From NCBI RefSeq assembly GCF_009914755.1, contig NC_060939.1: 64,000 nucleotides of DNA. The stretch is one strand, 5' to 3'. Numbering within the stretch: the first letter of the stretch is position 1; every line of letters starts with the position of its first letter. The position numbers and the translations under genes were made by a program. This document shows positions 1-15,514 of this stretch, one piece after another. Origin of the DNA: the human T2T-CHM13v2.0 reference genome, Homo sapiens. The notes below the pieces were generated by a model. That model ran no database searches. It worked only from the letters and a program-made list of their open reading frames with translations, and had not been told where the DNA came from.

Positions 1-636
1 ATATTTTCTCCCTGTCCTAGAACAAACTTCAAAATCAAGTTAGGCATTCTTTTTACAAGAATTTCCAAGAGATGCTCAAATTGAGGTCCTTTTTCACAAT
101 TGTTCTTCATTGCCTATTTAGTTTATAAGAATGTCTTTGACATTAATTGCTGAGGAAGGAGAAATCTCACTTCTTCCTCTTCTTCTTCCATTCCTTAGTC
201 TCTGTTTTATCAACCTAAAAAACTAATTTTGGACTGCATTCCTTTTCAACAATTAGATATACTATTTTCTAGAACTTCTACAATGCTCTATCTAGTCCTA
301 CAGTTTTCCTCAAACCCCGATGTCATTGTTAGGAGGGAAAGATTATTCTCACTCGTTTATCATTCTATGTGGAGGGGCACCATTCTTTGTAACACTTCTG
401 GCCTCACTCCAACTGGTGAGTTAGAAAAGAGGAACTGGGAATGTGCACTTCAGCTTCTTCTGTCCTCTCTCTCTGGAACAGGTTGCCCCAAAGAAGCACA
501 CGTTCTGTTATGCTCCTCCAAGAACAAAAATTCACAAGCTAATACTTTTGGGTGGGTATAATTATCAAAGTCTGATAGATTATTAAACCCAAATATCAGG
601 TTCATCATTAATAAGGGAACTATTCTGCTGGCTCCC

Positions 637-1485
<849 letters not shown>

Positions 1486-1636
1486 AGAGGTTTTCAGTCT
1501 CCAGTGTGGTGTAATAGGACAGAACTGAACCCAAATCCCAGCTTTGTGACTTTAGGCAGACGGTGGTTGTTCAAAGTCCCAGTTCCCTCCCTTGTGGAAA
1601 CAGAGACAAACAATGACCGTCTTCAAGGGCTGGTAA

Positions 1637-2065
<429 letters not shown>

Positions 2066-3262
2066 TAATACTGAAAACCAAAGAAACAGGAAGATTGGCA
2101 GAAACAAAACAAACAAGACAAAAACAACAGCGTTTAGAGAAGGAATGACCCAGTAAACATCTTCCATTTCTACAACTTGATGCTTTGCCAAAGGGCTCCT
2201 CTCGCTGTTATTTGATTTGAGCCTTACAATTGCGCTATGAAACTGATGGGCCAAATACTACTGGGTCCATTTGGAAATGTGAGGAAACTGAAGTCAAGAA
2301 ATCATGTGATGATTGCTCACGGCACCTCAGTGTCTAGTCCAATCCATTTCTCCTCGGGAACCCTCGACATGTTCTGGTCACTCTGAAATGATGGCCATCA
2401 AGATGCCACCCTCACACATATACGGCACTTTGCAATGTGCAAATAGCACATTTATTTTCTCACTGAGCTCTCACAGCAATGATTTCTGGCCATTTCACAA
2501 AGAGGAGCCCAAAGCTTAAGAGAGGCTAAGCAGCCAACCCCATATCACACAGCCGATGCAGAGGCTGAACTCAGGTCTTCTGGCAAGGCTGGGGCTCCCG
2601 TGCTCATGGATTTTAATTACACTAGGGCAAATGAGGATACTGAGGGCAAGTGAGGAGGTGGACTGGTGTCAGGGCGAGAACAGGATGCACATTTTTTCAG
2701 CCCTGGAGGAGCGCCGCACACGAGCAGCTCTGGCTTTTGTGGTCACAGCAACTGGCACAGCCAGCTCTCTGCCCAGGTCATTTAGTATAATCTGCAGCAT
2801 CGTTGTGATTTATTGATGGCTTTTATTCCCCACTGGGACGGCATGAAAATAATCAGATGAATAATGAGCTTGTGAAGATGGATGCACTCTGAGCCAGCTC
2901 CCGCAGAAGGGAATTATACGCTGGGATTCTGCCTGGAGCAGCACAGGACGATGGATGTTGCTGCAGAAAGCTGGGCCTCATTTGCTCCTTTGGCAGTGAG
3001 TTGCTTCTCTCTACAGACACAGAGAGCTTAAGAGGTAATAGTGCTGGCATGTCCCTGTTCCAAGAGTGGAAATGAGATGAGCATTGATGGTCTCAGGGAT
3101 GGAAAAACAGAACCTCATCCTGGGGGTTAGTGGTAGGAGGCATAGCTGCACTTAACCCTGTGGTCGCTAGCAGGAAGGCCACCCACTGTGAGGTTTTGCA
3201 ATGGATGGGTAGCCACCCTGCATGATCACGAGCCTGGCACGTTCCTGCTGGTGCAGCCATGC

Positions 3263-4140
3263 TGTTTCAGTTATCTATCGCTGAATCACAAACCACCCCA
3301 AAACTTAGGGCTTTCAAACAACAGTCATTTTATTACTCGCAATTCTCTGGGTCAGAATTTGTGTGTCTCAGCAGAGATAGCTTATCTCTGCTCCAGTTGT
3401 GTTGGCCACGGCAGCCCAACCAAGGCTGAAAGAGCCACAAGGGCCTCTCTTCCTCTCTTGCTTGCCTGGGGCCATGGTGCTGGCTATCTACTGGGCTGCC
3501 GCAGTTCTCCTCCATATCATCTCCCTCCAGCAGGACAGCCTGGACTTGTTTACATGGCGCTGGGTTCCCAGAGTGAAGGTGAAACTGCAAGTCCACTTAA
3601 ACTCGGGCTCAGAAGTCCCAACCGTCACTTCTACACGTTGTCTTGGTCAAAGCAAGTCACGAAGCCAGCTCAGATTCAAGGTGGGGAGAAATAGGCTGCC
3701 CCTCTGGAAGGGAGGAAAGCACAGTTACTGTGAAGGGGTGGACATAGGCTGTGATTCACTGGGGCCAGTCAGAAGCCGATTCTGAGATGGAGCTTGGTGA
3801 GCAGGATTTTTGCTAAAGAGTGTCTTTGGGACGAACGCCCGTGGAAGGGAGAGCTCTGGAAGGAAGGAGTGGACAGGGAGAGAGATGGAGCTGTCATCAG
3901 GTTCACAGAGAGCCTCGGTGGATGCCGCAGGAGCAGTGAAGCTTCAATGGTCCGTCAGATCTGTCCCAAGGTGGGCCAAGGTGGTCAGGACCTCGTATGC
4001 CTGCACCAAGGATGTAGGCACCCTGGAAAGGGGCATGACCTTGGCTGAGGCAGTCCCTGAAGGCTGCCTGCCCACAACCCTCCCTGCATCTGACAGCGCT
4101 GCAGGCGGCCCTCACAATGTCCACCCAACCTTCTACCACA
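3263..4140 (-). mobile_element. Old LTR fragments (MLT1-type, then LTR16-like)
   Basis: CAAACCACCCCAAAACTTAG...AAACAACA MLT1 terminus; CTGAGATGGAG...GGAAGGGAG LTR16-like motif. Confidence 0.55.
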
Positions 4141-7057
4141 CTTGCCTTCAAGAAGCTACCTTCCTCCCCAGCCCCACAGCTCCCTCAGTTCCCATCCATA
4201 CCGCTGCCAACCCAGAAAATGCCATAGATTTCCCCTGACGCCTCCTCCCATCCTTCCAGGCCCCACCGACCTCCTCAGCACCCCACGATGTCCCTGTACC
4301 CTCTCCTTTCCCCCCGAGCCCTCTCCCTCCTCCCTGCCCTAGCCCTGAAGCAGCCTCCTGACCCCATGTCCTCGCTTCTGCCCTTTCCCCTTCAAAACCA
4401 GTGCTTCTGCAGCAGCCCCAGCCTTCCTTAGAAGACAGAAACATGCCCCCGAAGCTTTCCTGTTTAAAGCCCTTCCCTGATCCCCATCACCTCAAGGCCA
4501 AACCCCGGCTTCTCCACATGGCTTCCTGGTCCTGGCACATGACTCCAGCCGCAGCTCCCTTCACATTCAACCCTGACCCTCGGAGGCTTCCAGAGATCTC
4601 TGTCTCTGAGCTGCCACACAAGCTGTTCTGAGTGCCTGTGTGCTCTGTCCTGTGGTCCCCTCCCTGCCTCTGTCAGCACCCCACATCCCACTCTTCATCC
4701 AGCCTACTCTTCTGCTAACCCTTTGCCCTGGGAGCCTGCCCCAGTCAGCCCCGGAGCCCACCACATCCCTCACAGGCCCACCGCACCTCCGTTTCCCCAT
4801 CCCGGCTCTCTGCACATAGGGCACAGGTGCCAGTGATGTCTGTCTCCCATCCATCAGGTCGTGGGCCTCACAGGGCGGGCCCAGGTTCACTGCACCTCGG
4901 GGCCCAGAGCACAGCACCCTGCAGAGCCGCTGCTCAGTGCATAGCAGGGGATCCGCCACCTGTTCTCTGTGCCAGGCTGCTGAACTGAGAGCTGAAGGAG
5001 AAATGAGGAAGGGAAGAGAGGGCTGCAGCCTAGTCCTGCATTAGGTAGACAGGCCTCAGGAGAGGGGCACACTCCAGGGCCAGAAAGCTGCTCTGGAAAA
5101 CAGGCCTGGCCCACAGACAGTCCCGTCCACAGGGCACAATGAGTGCTTCACCTGGCAGCCCAGGACAATGGAGGCTTGGAGGATGCCCTGCACTGGTGGA
5201 CAGGCTGTGGAAGGCGTCACATCCCTTAAGATAATACCCAGATTCCACTGTCTACTGGGATTTTCCCTGAACATGGTACAGACCTCAACATTTCGTGTTA
5301 TGGGGTGAAATGCACAGTCCATCTTTCCCCTGCCCCAGAAGAATGCTGCCAACCCACAGTGCCAGAGAACTGCCTGTCATTTCTCCCAGTTCTTACTAGG
5401 GTCCATGCCCTGGCAATGCACTTTATGAGGATTATTAGCCTCAGTTTTCAGGCTAAGAAACTGAGGCTCAGAGAGGTTAAGCAGCTTACCCAAGGTCTCC
5501 AGAATTAGGAAGTGGTAAACGTGGGGTTTGAAACCAAGTCCTGTCTCCTGTCCACCATGAACACCTGACACTTTGCACAAGGCCCACGCAGGGAAGTCTG
5601 CGAGAGTCAGAGAGTGAATGCCTATGGAAGCAGCCCACCACCAACGAGAAAAGATCACAAAGCTCATATTTCTAACCTCTGTGAGCCGCTCTGCCCACGA
5701 TTGAAAGGGAACTTGGAAACCATCCTGGCCAACTACCTCCATTTATATTTCATTTTATTCTGTGGGCCCTCGGGGCTATGGTTTTAATATTCATTTATGT
5801 TTCTATGTGAACATCTGGTCCACTGCTTTTAAACACTTCTAACTGCTGCGTCCACTGTGGTTTACTGCCCACTGCTGCAGGGACAGAGGCCCAGGTTACA
5901 GCTCGCTCCACAAACTCCACTGCAATGGACACCTACAGTTGTGTCTCTGTTTTTAAAGGTGAGAAAACAAGGTCTAAGGAGTGGAAAGAGGTTTGCGGCC
6001 AGTATTTATCCAGGGTAGGTATTTCTAGTTAGCTCTTAGCAACTCCGGGGACAGGGGCATTTTTCTCTGCCAATATTTGCATGTCCATTCAGAAAAGAAC
6101 TCCAACTGGCCTTGCTTGGATGTTCACACCCTTAACTAGTCCCTGTGGCCAGGGACAGGGCATCCTGGTTTGGAGTGAGTGAGGCAGTTATTTACCTGCC
6201 TGTAGAGGACAGGTGGAAAAGGGGGAGGACATTTAGCTCTTCAAAGAAAAATAGCAGGTGTCCACATAGGGACCTACGAGCTTTCCCAAACTGGGGACAC
6301 CAGTGCTGGCCATGGGAAAGGGACCTTTGTTGGGGTGGAGGCACAGGGGAACGCCTGAGGAGTGAAGCTGTGATGGGGCTCGGGGCTGCCCATCCGGAGG
6401 TGTGCATTTCCCTGCCTGTGCTCCCAAGAAGGAGCCCCAAATGTTTCTCTGGTCTCTCTAAAGTGCTCAGCAGGGAGCAGCAAAATTACCAAGTTTAGCA
6501 TAAACTCCCCTCCCCACCTTGTCCCAGGACAAAGTAAAGAGCTGGTGAAACTGCTCACAAACATTGCCAGGTGTGCACAGAAGCAGGCACACAACAATGA
6601 GAGTCTCCGGACCTGGGGCAGGGAGTCCCATCCTGCCAAATGCAGAGTCCTATCTTTGTTGACAACTTAATCTCTCAGAAAGTAGGGGAACAAGAACAAC
6701 TGCTTCCACAGACTTAATTGTGGTCAACAAAGAACTGGCTGTTGAAATGGCAAAGAAAGGAAATTGAGAAAACATAACCATACACTCAGAATGTGTTTGT
6801 GGACTAGGTATGTGTCCAGAGCTGCCGCTCGCCCCTTCTATTTTGGACACCTGAGACCTTGCACATTAGGTATGGGCAGGGCCACCTGGAAAAGTCAGAT
6901 TTAATGCCTCCAGAAGCTGCCCACAGTCATCTAGGGATCGAAGTTTGGTGCATCAGTACCCCAGCCCCCCAGCTTCCTTTTCCTTTGTCAGACAACTCTG
7001 CAGTGTGCTCTACAGGATCTCCCAGGGGTCCCCAGCAGGTTAAGCTTTCATTGCCTA

Positions 7058-7526
7058 CAGCAGTAACTTGCATGATAACACACACACAGCAAGCAGTAAC
7101 TTGCACACACACAGCGGTAACTTGCGTGATACACACACAGCAGTAAGTTGCACACACGCAGCAGTAACTTGTATGATAACACACACAGCAGTAATTTGCA
7201 TGATACACACACAGCAGTAACTTGCATGACACACACACACAGCAGTAACTTGCATGACATACACACACAGCAGTAACTTGCATGATACACACACAGCAGT
7301 AACTCACATGATAACACACGCAGCAGTAACTCGCATGATACACACACACAGCAATAACTTGCATGACACACACACAGCAGTAACTCGCATGATACACACC
7401 CAGCAGTAACTTGCATGACACACACAGCAGTAACTCACATGATAACACACACGGCAGTAACTTGCATGACACACACAGCAGTAACTTGCATGACACACAC
7501 ACAGCAGTAACTCGCATGATAACACA
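7058..7526. repeat. Compound minisatellite, 18 units of CAGCAGTAACTTGCATGA(T)(A)+(CA)n, about 21-29 bp each
   Basis: units counted directly. Confidence 0.97.
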
Positions 7527-8547
7527 AGCTGTATGCACTTCATTTCCTTCTTGTCTCTCGTCTCCACTCCTTCAACCATTTCCTTTCTTAAAAAACTATT
7601 TGCACTTACATCCTTCTCTCAGGTTTTATGTCTGGTGGGACTCAAACTAAGACAATGCAATAGCTACAAAAGTAAATTCTAGGAACCTGGAGACATAGTA
7701 GTACAGTGAATAATTGGATAGGCTTTGTAGTCAAACCATCTATGCTTGCATACACCACTAGTGTGTAAATATTTAATATTCAAACAATTGTTGTATATAA
7801 ACTTTAGGAAGTAGATTTCAAGAAAGGCAGAACTGGAAACTCTAGAAAAAGGAAGATGACTCAAGAAGGAGAGGGGACTTGTTAAAAGTCTCAGAATAGA
7901 CAAATAATTCATTCGTCAGAGGTAACCACAGAAATACAGTGACTTCCCAGGACGCCATCCGGGGAGGCCAGGTGTTTAAAGGACAAAGGGCAGAGGGAGT
8001 AGTCATGAGCCAGACAGAGAACAAAGGCCCCCTGCCCCAGCCTGCAAGATGCTGGGGAGACCAAGCCCCAGAATGCGCTGCAGCTTGCAGATATCCCAAG
8101 GACAATAGAAAGAGCTTTGTTAAAGTATGCCCCAAACAAAACAGAGAGGGAGAAAGGGACACACTGGCGCTTGGAGTGGAGTGTGCTGTTCACGGGTGAT
8201 GGAGAAAAAACTGAACTATTCAACTCCCGTCTTACTCCTGTCTTTCCCATCAAAGCAAACGATTTAAAACATAAAAGGTGAAGACAAACAGAGTTAAGAG
8301 GAAATCAGCAGTCAGCTAAAATCCCAGCAGGCTCTCTGGCTTCGCAAGTTTCCTAGACTGGTAGACAGACATGCGGGTGAGCCAAGGAGGCTGGGCTTGG
8401 GCTCAGACGCTGACAAGCTCTCTTGGTCAGCGGGGCAAGTGATAACCAGAAGTGGGCTGGAGGCTCTGGCCTCAGCCCCAGTGTGTTTTCCAAGAAACTG
8501 AATGAAGATACTAAACACAGGGCTTATCACAGAGATGCCTCCAAACC

Positions 8548-8772
8548 AGCGGGTCTCAACAAGGGTGATTTTGCCTCCCCAACAAGGGAAACTTTGGCAA
8601 TGTCTAGAGACCAATTTTGGTAATTGCAACAAGGCTATGGTGGGGGTGCTACTGCTATCTAGAGAGTAGAGCCCAGGGATGTGGCTGAACTTCCTGCAAG
8701 GCACAGGGCAGGTCCCATGACAAAAAATTATCTGACCCAAGATGTCAGTAGTGCCAAGATTGAGAAGCCCTA
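8548..8772 (+). mobile_element. MER20 (hAT-Charlie MITE)
   Basis: CAG..TCTCAAC..GGGTGATTTTGC..TTTGGCAATGTCT.GAGAC..TTGAGAAGCCCT termini. Confidence 0.85.
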
Positions 8773-9244
8773 CTCTGAGAAACCCCCCTCAAGAGATGGC
8801 TGTTGAGTGAATTAATGAGACGTTGAGCATCCACTATGTGTCCTGAGAAAGCACAGATGACTAAGACACATTCTCTCCGCTCACGAGCTCATACTTTCTT
8901 CCAAGAAACAGATACAAGTGGCTGTGTTACAGTATACAACATGCTTTAATGGAAACGCTATGGGAGCAGAGACCAAAGAACCACTGATCCCACTAAGCAA
9001 GGCATGATTTGAGCTGGGTCCTGATAAACAAATGGAAGTTTGGCAGAAACACAAAGTGGGGATGAAGGGCGGATGGAGGCATTAAATGTGCCTGGTGTGT
9101 TGGGGACACCTCCTCTTAAGGAGAAGCAGCTGGAGGGGGGCTGGGGAGGCGCTGGATGCTGCGGTAAGGCCTTGGCTCTGTCTCACAGGCACAGGGTTCA
9201 AGAAGGTTAAGCAGAGGGTAACACAGTCAGATCTATTTCTTTAA

Positions 9245-9582
<338 letters not shown>

Positions 9583-9759
9583 TTAAAAAAAAAAAAAACT
9601 TCCCTCCAACAAATAATTAGCATAACAATCACCTTTGTAAATCCGCCATGATGACCTCACACCAAAACACAGTGGAATATGCTGGAACCTTGGAGAGCAC
9701 GCCAAAACACTACTCTGTCCACCCTCACGCACCCCTCCCTTGCCCTGTGCACGTGCCAG

Positions 9760-10100
9760 ATGTTTTGTGTACAATTTAATAATTTTTACTAAATTCGTGG
9801 AGTTGTACCACCATCGCCATCATCCAGTTTTAGAACATTTCTGTCACCCCAAAGAGTCCCCATGTGCATTTGCACTCAATCCCTATTCCTACCCCCAGCC
9901 CCTGGCAACCACGAAGCTGCTTTCTGTCTCCATCGATTCACCACTTCTTGACATTTCCTATAAATGGAATCATACAATATGTGGTCTTTGGCCTCTGGCC
10001 TCTCTCACTTAGCATGACGTTTTTGAGGTTCGTTGTGTGGTAGCATGAATCAGTGGTGTGTTCCTTTTTATTGCTGAATGATATGTCAGTCAGATGTCTA
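9760..10100 (-). mobile_element. Old L1M 3' fragment
   Basis: TTTTAGAACATTT..CCCTGGCAACCAC..AAATGGAATCATACAATATGTGG motif. Confidence 0.8.
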
Positions 10101-12027
10101 TTTAAAAGACTATGCTGGTTATAGAATGAAAGATGGGGTAGGAGGAGGAAGAAAGTAGAGGCCAAGAGACCAGTTAGGAGACACTGGTTGTTGTTCAGGC
10201 CGAGACAAAGAAGGTGTGAGTTGGTAGAGAGGCTGTGGGCATGAAGAGAGAGGACTGGGTGGGAGGTTACAGGTCTGGGAGCAATTAGTGTACAATAGGA
10301 CCATTGGGGAGGCTTGACCAGAGGCCAGGAGCTACATAGGGAAAGTGAGAAGCCCAGGAGAGGTCTGAATTCCCACAGGGCTAAGAAACAGGACCTGAGC
10401 TGATTGCACCTCTGGGCAGATTCATACCTGGCTGAAGGAACAGAGTGCTCTAAGGACCCACCAGCCCTGCGGACCCTCCTGGTGGTCTGCTGCCAGGCTG
10501 GCTCCTTGGGCTATTGGGATGAAGATAATGAGAACATGTTTGTCAACTGTGCAGGTGACACAAATCTGGAAAGAACAGCAAATTTGGGATAACAATGTTC
10601 AAAAACATCTTGGCGGGCTCCAGTGATGGGCTGTGGCAAAATCTGGGCAGCTCCATGGGGGTGAGACCTAGTGGATTATGAGTCTTCTGGTTACCTGTCT
10701 GTCTTCCTAGGATGCTGTGAGCTTTGTGAGAACAAGAACAGTGTCTGCAGGACACAAGGAGTGTCATCTGAAAAGGACCCCAACAACTTGCTCTGGGTCT
10801 CAGCTCTGGGGGTTTCCCCAATAAAACCTGATCCCTAACCCATACTGTATGATGTGCAGAAATTTATCCCAAGCCCTGGTAACTCAACAGGTGGTCATCA
10901 CAATAGTGACGTCTTCTTCTTCGTATCCATTTATCAAACCAACTGTCATGCCAGCCCATGGACAACAGAAGGCACAGACCCCTTGGATGATGGGCACCTT
11001 CACTAAACAGAGTCAGCTCAGATTTCCAAATACAAGTATTAAGCAGGGGCCCCATTACTGCACTCTGTTTACGGTGTCCTCATTCTTGGAAACTGGAAAT
11101 TCTGATAACATTTGCTGCACTGTCTAATGATATAACTAGCATATGCTCTCTGAGGCAGATCTGGAAAATATAAGCAAGATTAACTTTTTGATTAATCTCT
11201 CTCTCAATACAGAATACATGCTCAGCATATTCATTCATTCATCCATACACATAGGTACACAGACACACACACACACAAACACATACACACCACAGATTCT
11301 TTCTACATATTTGGGATCAACAGTTTGGCTTTTAGTTTCAAATTAAAAACATTTTTCTGTCCTTAAGACTCTTTGAAAACAGTCTGTGCACTCAGGGCAT
11401 CACACCCCACCCTATGCAGGTTCCATGACTGATGTGCCCATTCCCCTCTCATTGCCGTGTAGGTGGTTTTGGATTTGGGGATTGGCTTTGGTAAGCCTAA
11501 GTCTGCAACCAGTACATCGGCTGTGTCTCTCACGTGAGCCCATGAGTCCTTCCCCCTTTAAGCAACCTTCTCTCAGAACCTGCAATCCTTCCTCTTCTGG
11601 TCCCCTTGCTCCTGGGTGTGTGTGTAACTTCCCTCTGTTCCTCACCTCAAGGGCAAGTTATGCCCTAGCCCCCTGCTTCCCCCTGGCCAGCTAGCTTCTG
11701 TGACTTCACATCTTCACAGTCCTGCGAGACCACAAAAAAGATCCTTCCTGGCTCTCTCCTGCCATCTCCTGCCCACTCACATCTCTAGCTCCCTGGCTGA
11801 AGCAGTACAGTGCTCGAATGAATTAGAAAAGCAGGACAAACCTAAATCCATGTGAAAACATGCAATAGGTTTCATTGTAAAGTCCCATGGTTGCTTTGTT
11901 CTCAGCTATCTGCATATGACATTATGACAAGCCTGATTTAGCATCTGGAAAGAGACCTAGAGGCATAATTGGTTAATAAGCTAAAGAAGAATCAATAGTG
12001 GAATGTGGCTGTCAAAAGAGAAAGTTA

Positions 12028-12522
<495 letters not shown>

Positions 12523-13149
12523 AAAGGCTTTGTAAAAGGGGTTGACTGATGAAACGGACTGGCAGTGAGTTGCCCACCACTGGCGATGTACATGAAAATA
12601 TGGTATTCATTATGCACCAAGATTTTCTTGCTTCCCACATAAATGTATGACCCACACTTCTTAAGAAGTGACTACAGAAAGAGAATACCTAAACAGTCTA
12701 TGGGAAATGTGAGCTCTGGCTTCTGTGTGAACCTCGGAAGACTGCAGTGAGGTGTGTGGTTGCTCCCTGAGGCGGGTCTTGAACAGGCCCCCAAGGAGTG
12801 CTTTCACCAGCGCTTGGGACTTGACAGAGGGAGGCAGCATTTGATCTCATTAACTAGGACAATCACAGGTGGGGGCACAGCGTCCTCCACTCTTCCTGAG
12901 CCCTGGGCTAGGAGAGGCCAAGGCCCTATCCCCAACCCTCACGTGGCCCATGATGTTTTGCTGCAGCCCCTGCACTGTCTGTGCCCAGATGAGCCCCAGC
13001 AACTCCAGCAGATACTCACTTATCACTCATTCAACACACGTTTCCATCCTCTGGCCTGTTGCGGAGAATGGTTTGCAAGGGTGGTACACTCCTAGGTATA
13101 CCTAAGAAAATGGTTCCATTTACCTTGGGGAGAGGCATCAAGAAAGCAA

Positions 13150-13740
13150 AGTCTTACTGGGTCAAGGCAGCGGACGTGTGAGAGGGTGTGTCTGCCAGAG
13201 AAAACAGCAAGTGCAAAGGTGCGGGAAGTGGAGGGCCTTGGGACAGGGCTTGGGGAGGAAAGCATACAATGTGGCCAGTAGCTTGGCTGGTTGGGGCTGA
13301 ATGGGGGTGAAACGTGAAGCTGGGGAGGCAGATGGGGTTCAGAAAAAGAACAGCCATGCTAAGAAATGGGTTTTAATCTCCAGGCCGTGGGGAGCCGCTG
13401 AAGGAATGTAAAGAAGGTAATGATGGAAGCAGATTTTCATTTTCAAAAGACAATCTGGTAACACTTCACAGTGAAGTGGAGAATGGATTGAAGCAAAAGA
13501 GGCTAGACACAGGATGGCCAACTGAGGGGAGACTGTAGACATTCACATGAAAAGTGCCCGGTACCTTCACTAAAGCAGTGTGGTTTGGGAGGAGAAAGAG
13601 GGAAGGCTTCTATCTAGAAATATTGCAGCATGGTTACAAGTGGGTATACAGAGCAGGATGGATTCGGGTGGACTCCCATGCTTTCTGACTTAGGCAACTT
13701 CATAGATGGTAAAGTTATTTCCCGAGGCAGGGCAGTGATG
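13150..13740 (+). mobile_element. L2 fragment
   Basis: purine-rich L2 3' motifs (AGCAAGTGCAAAGG, TTTTCAAAAGACAATCTGG, ATGACTCC-like). Confidence 0.6.
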
Positions 13741-14517
13741 ATTTCAGATGTTGTCTTGTTGCCCTTGCTTATGGGAATATATGTCTTGATTTGGATTAGA
13801 AACCAATAATGTCCATGCAACATATATGATATTTCTCAAGAGTGTTGGATGCCACGTATCTGAGCCATTTCCTTGGTTTAAAAATTTCCTGCATGGTAAG
13901 GCCAGACAGGAAGCTTGCTTTACCTGGATTCCTTGCATGTGGTTGTCCTGGGTTCAGCCAATCAGCTACTCCTGTCCTGGACTTTAAAAAAGGACATGGC
14001 GACATGAAGAAGCAAGAGCCATGAGACTCTCTAGCAGGGGCAGGGGCTGCATCATCATGGAGTTTTGGGCCTCAGGGCTGCCACATTAGCAGTGTCCTCC
14101 TGCATCAAGTCACAGTGGTGCCAACAGTAGCTGCAGTCTTCTCACTCAACCAGGCCTGTGGCATCATTCAAGTAGCCCCTGAGCCTAGTACTCCAGCCCT
14201 TCTGGTAAATCTGTAAGCTCCCATGCAATCTTTCAAAAACTATTTTTTCTCCCTAAATTAGCCAGAATTGGTTTCTGTTACTTGTAATTAAGAACCTTCA
14301 ATGTTACAGACATTGAAACCAGGAGTAGTTGTAGGCAACAGATCCTGAGGGAAGTGGGGAAATTGTGGCAGGGTTTGAGGAGGTGAAGGCTGTGAAACTC
14401 TAATATTAAGCAATGGGATTCTGGCAGTCCATGCATACAGAGAAGAAACAGTAGATTAAATTATCACCACTTTATACTTAGAATGAAGTACTGATTGAAG
14501 ACAAGGCTGTAGGGTAC

Positions 14518-15085
14518 TGTGATAGGCAGGATTATGGCCCCCAAAGATCTCACACCTTAAACTCTGGGACTGGGAATACGATGCGGTATCATGCCCATAA
14601 ATATGTTACCTTGCATGGTGAAAGAGACTCTGCAGGTGTAATAAAGTTTGCTAATCAGCCAACCATAAAATAGAGAGATTATCCTGGATTATCTAGGTGG
14701 GCCCAGTATAATCAGATGAGCCCTTAAAGCAGAAGAACAGGGCAAACCAGAGACGTTGGATGCCCAGGAAGGGTTTGATGTGTCATTGCTGGCTTGAAGA
14801 CAGAGGGGCCACGTGTCAAGGAAGGGGACCCCAGTCCTACGACCATGAGGAACTGAATTCTGGCAACAACTGAATGAATTTGGGAGTGGATTCTTCCCCC
14901 AAGGCCTCCAAAAAGAAACACAGCCCTGCCGACTCCTTGGTTTCAATGTTGTGAGAGCCTGAGCAGTGGACTCAGTCACATTGTACCATACCCCTTACCT
15001 ACAGAACTATGAGATGATAAGTGAGTGTTGTTTTAAGCCACTGAGCCTATGGTGATTTGTTATGCAGACATAGAAAACAAATACA
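14518..15085 (+). mobile_element. Solo MaLR LTR (MLT1E-like) with perfect 5-bp TSD GGTAC
   Basis: TG...CA ends; GGTAC at 14513-14517 and 15086-15090; GAGATTATCCTGGATTATC motif. Confidence 0.88.
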
Positions 15086-15265
15086 GGTACTAGGGAGGGG
15101 TCATTGTCAGAGAAGAGATGAAAAGCCTGAAGAATTCAAGGACTGTGGGGTGGGTGGTTCCTTCTAAGGGCAATGACCAGGTGAAAGAAAGGACAAAAGT
15201 TCCGATTCCTGAGTTCTTGGTCTAATGGGCTCCACTTGCCAGTAGCAGTGAACAACCTAAGATAT

Positions 15266-15514
15266 CACACAGCACCTCGTGGAGAAGCTGGTGTTTTTCT
15301 ATCCTGAAACACACTTGGGCTTGCTTTCACACAGCACCTCGTGGAGAAGCTGGTTTTTTTTCTATCCTGAAACACACTTGGGCTTGCTTTCACACAGCAC
15401 CTCGTGGAGAAGGTGGTGTTTTGCTATCCTGAAACACACTTGGGCTTGCTTTCACACAGCACCTCGTGGAGAAGGTGGTGTTTTGCTATCCTGAAACACA
15501 CTTGGGCTTGCTTT
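15266..15514. repeat. Minisatellite, 4 x 62-63 bp
   Basis: units start at 15266, 15328, 15391 and 15453. Confidence 0.97.

Noticed and set aside
3188-6640. Dense overlapping ORFs in the GC-richer region
   Set aside because: Overlap old LTR/L2/MIR sequence, show no recognisable domains and have no coherent exon structure.
7058-7526. CRISPR-like repeat/spacer array
   Set aside because: The 'spacers' are short (CA)n runs rather than unique sequences, there are no cas genes, and the DNA is human; it is a minisatellite.
6927-7650. Cys-rich (metallothionein/keratin-associated-like) and His/Thr-rich ORFs
   Set aside because: Open in several frames only because TG/CA repeats lack stops; no splice or promoter context.
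9600-12000. Possible annotated lncRNA downstream of UACA (I recall SALRNA-named lncRNAs in this neighbourhood)
   Set aside because: Cannot be located or supported from sequence alone; needs an annotation lookup.
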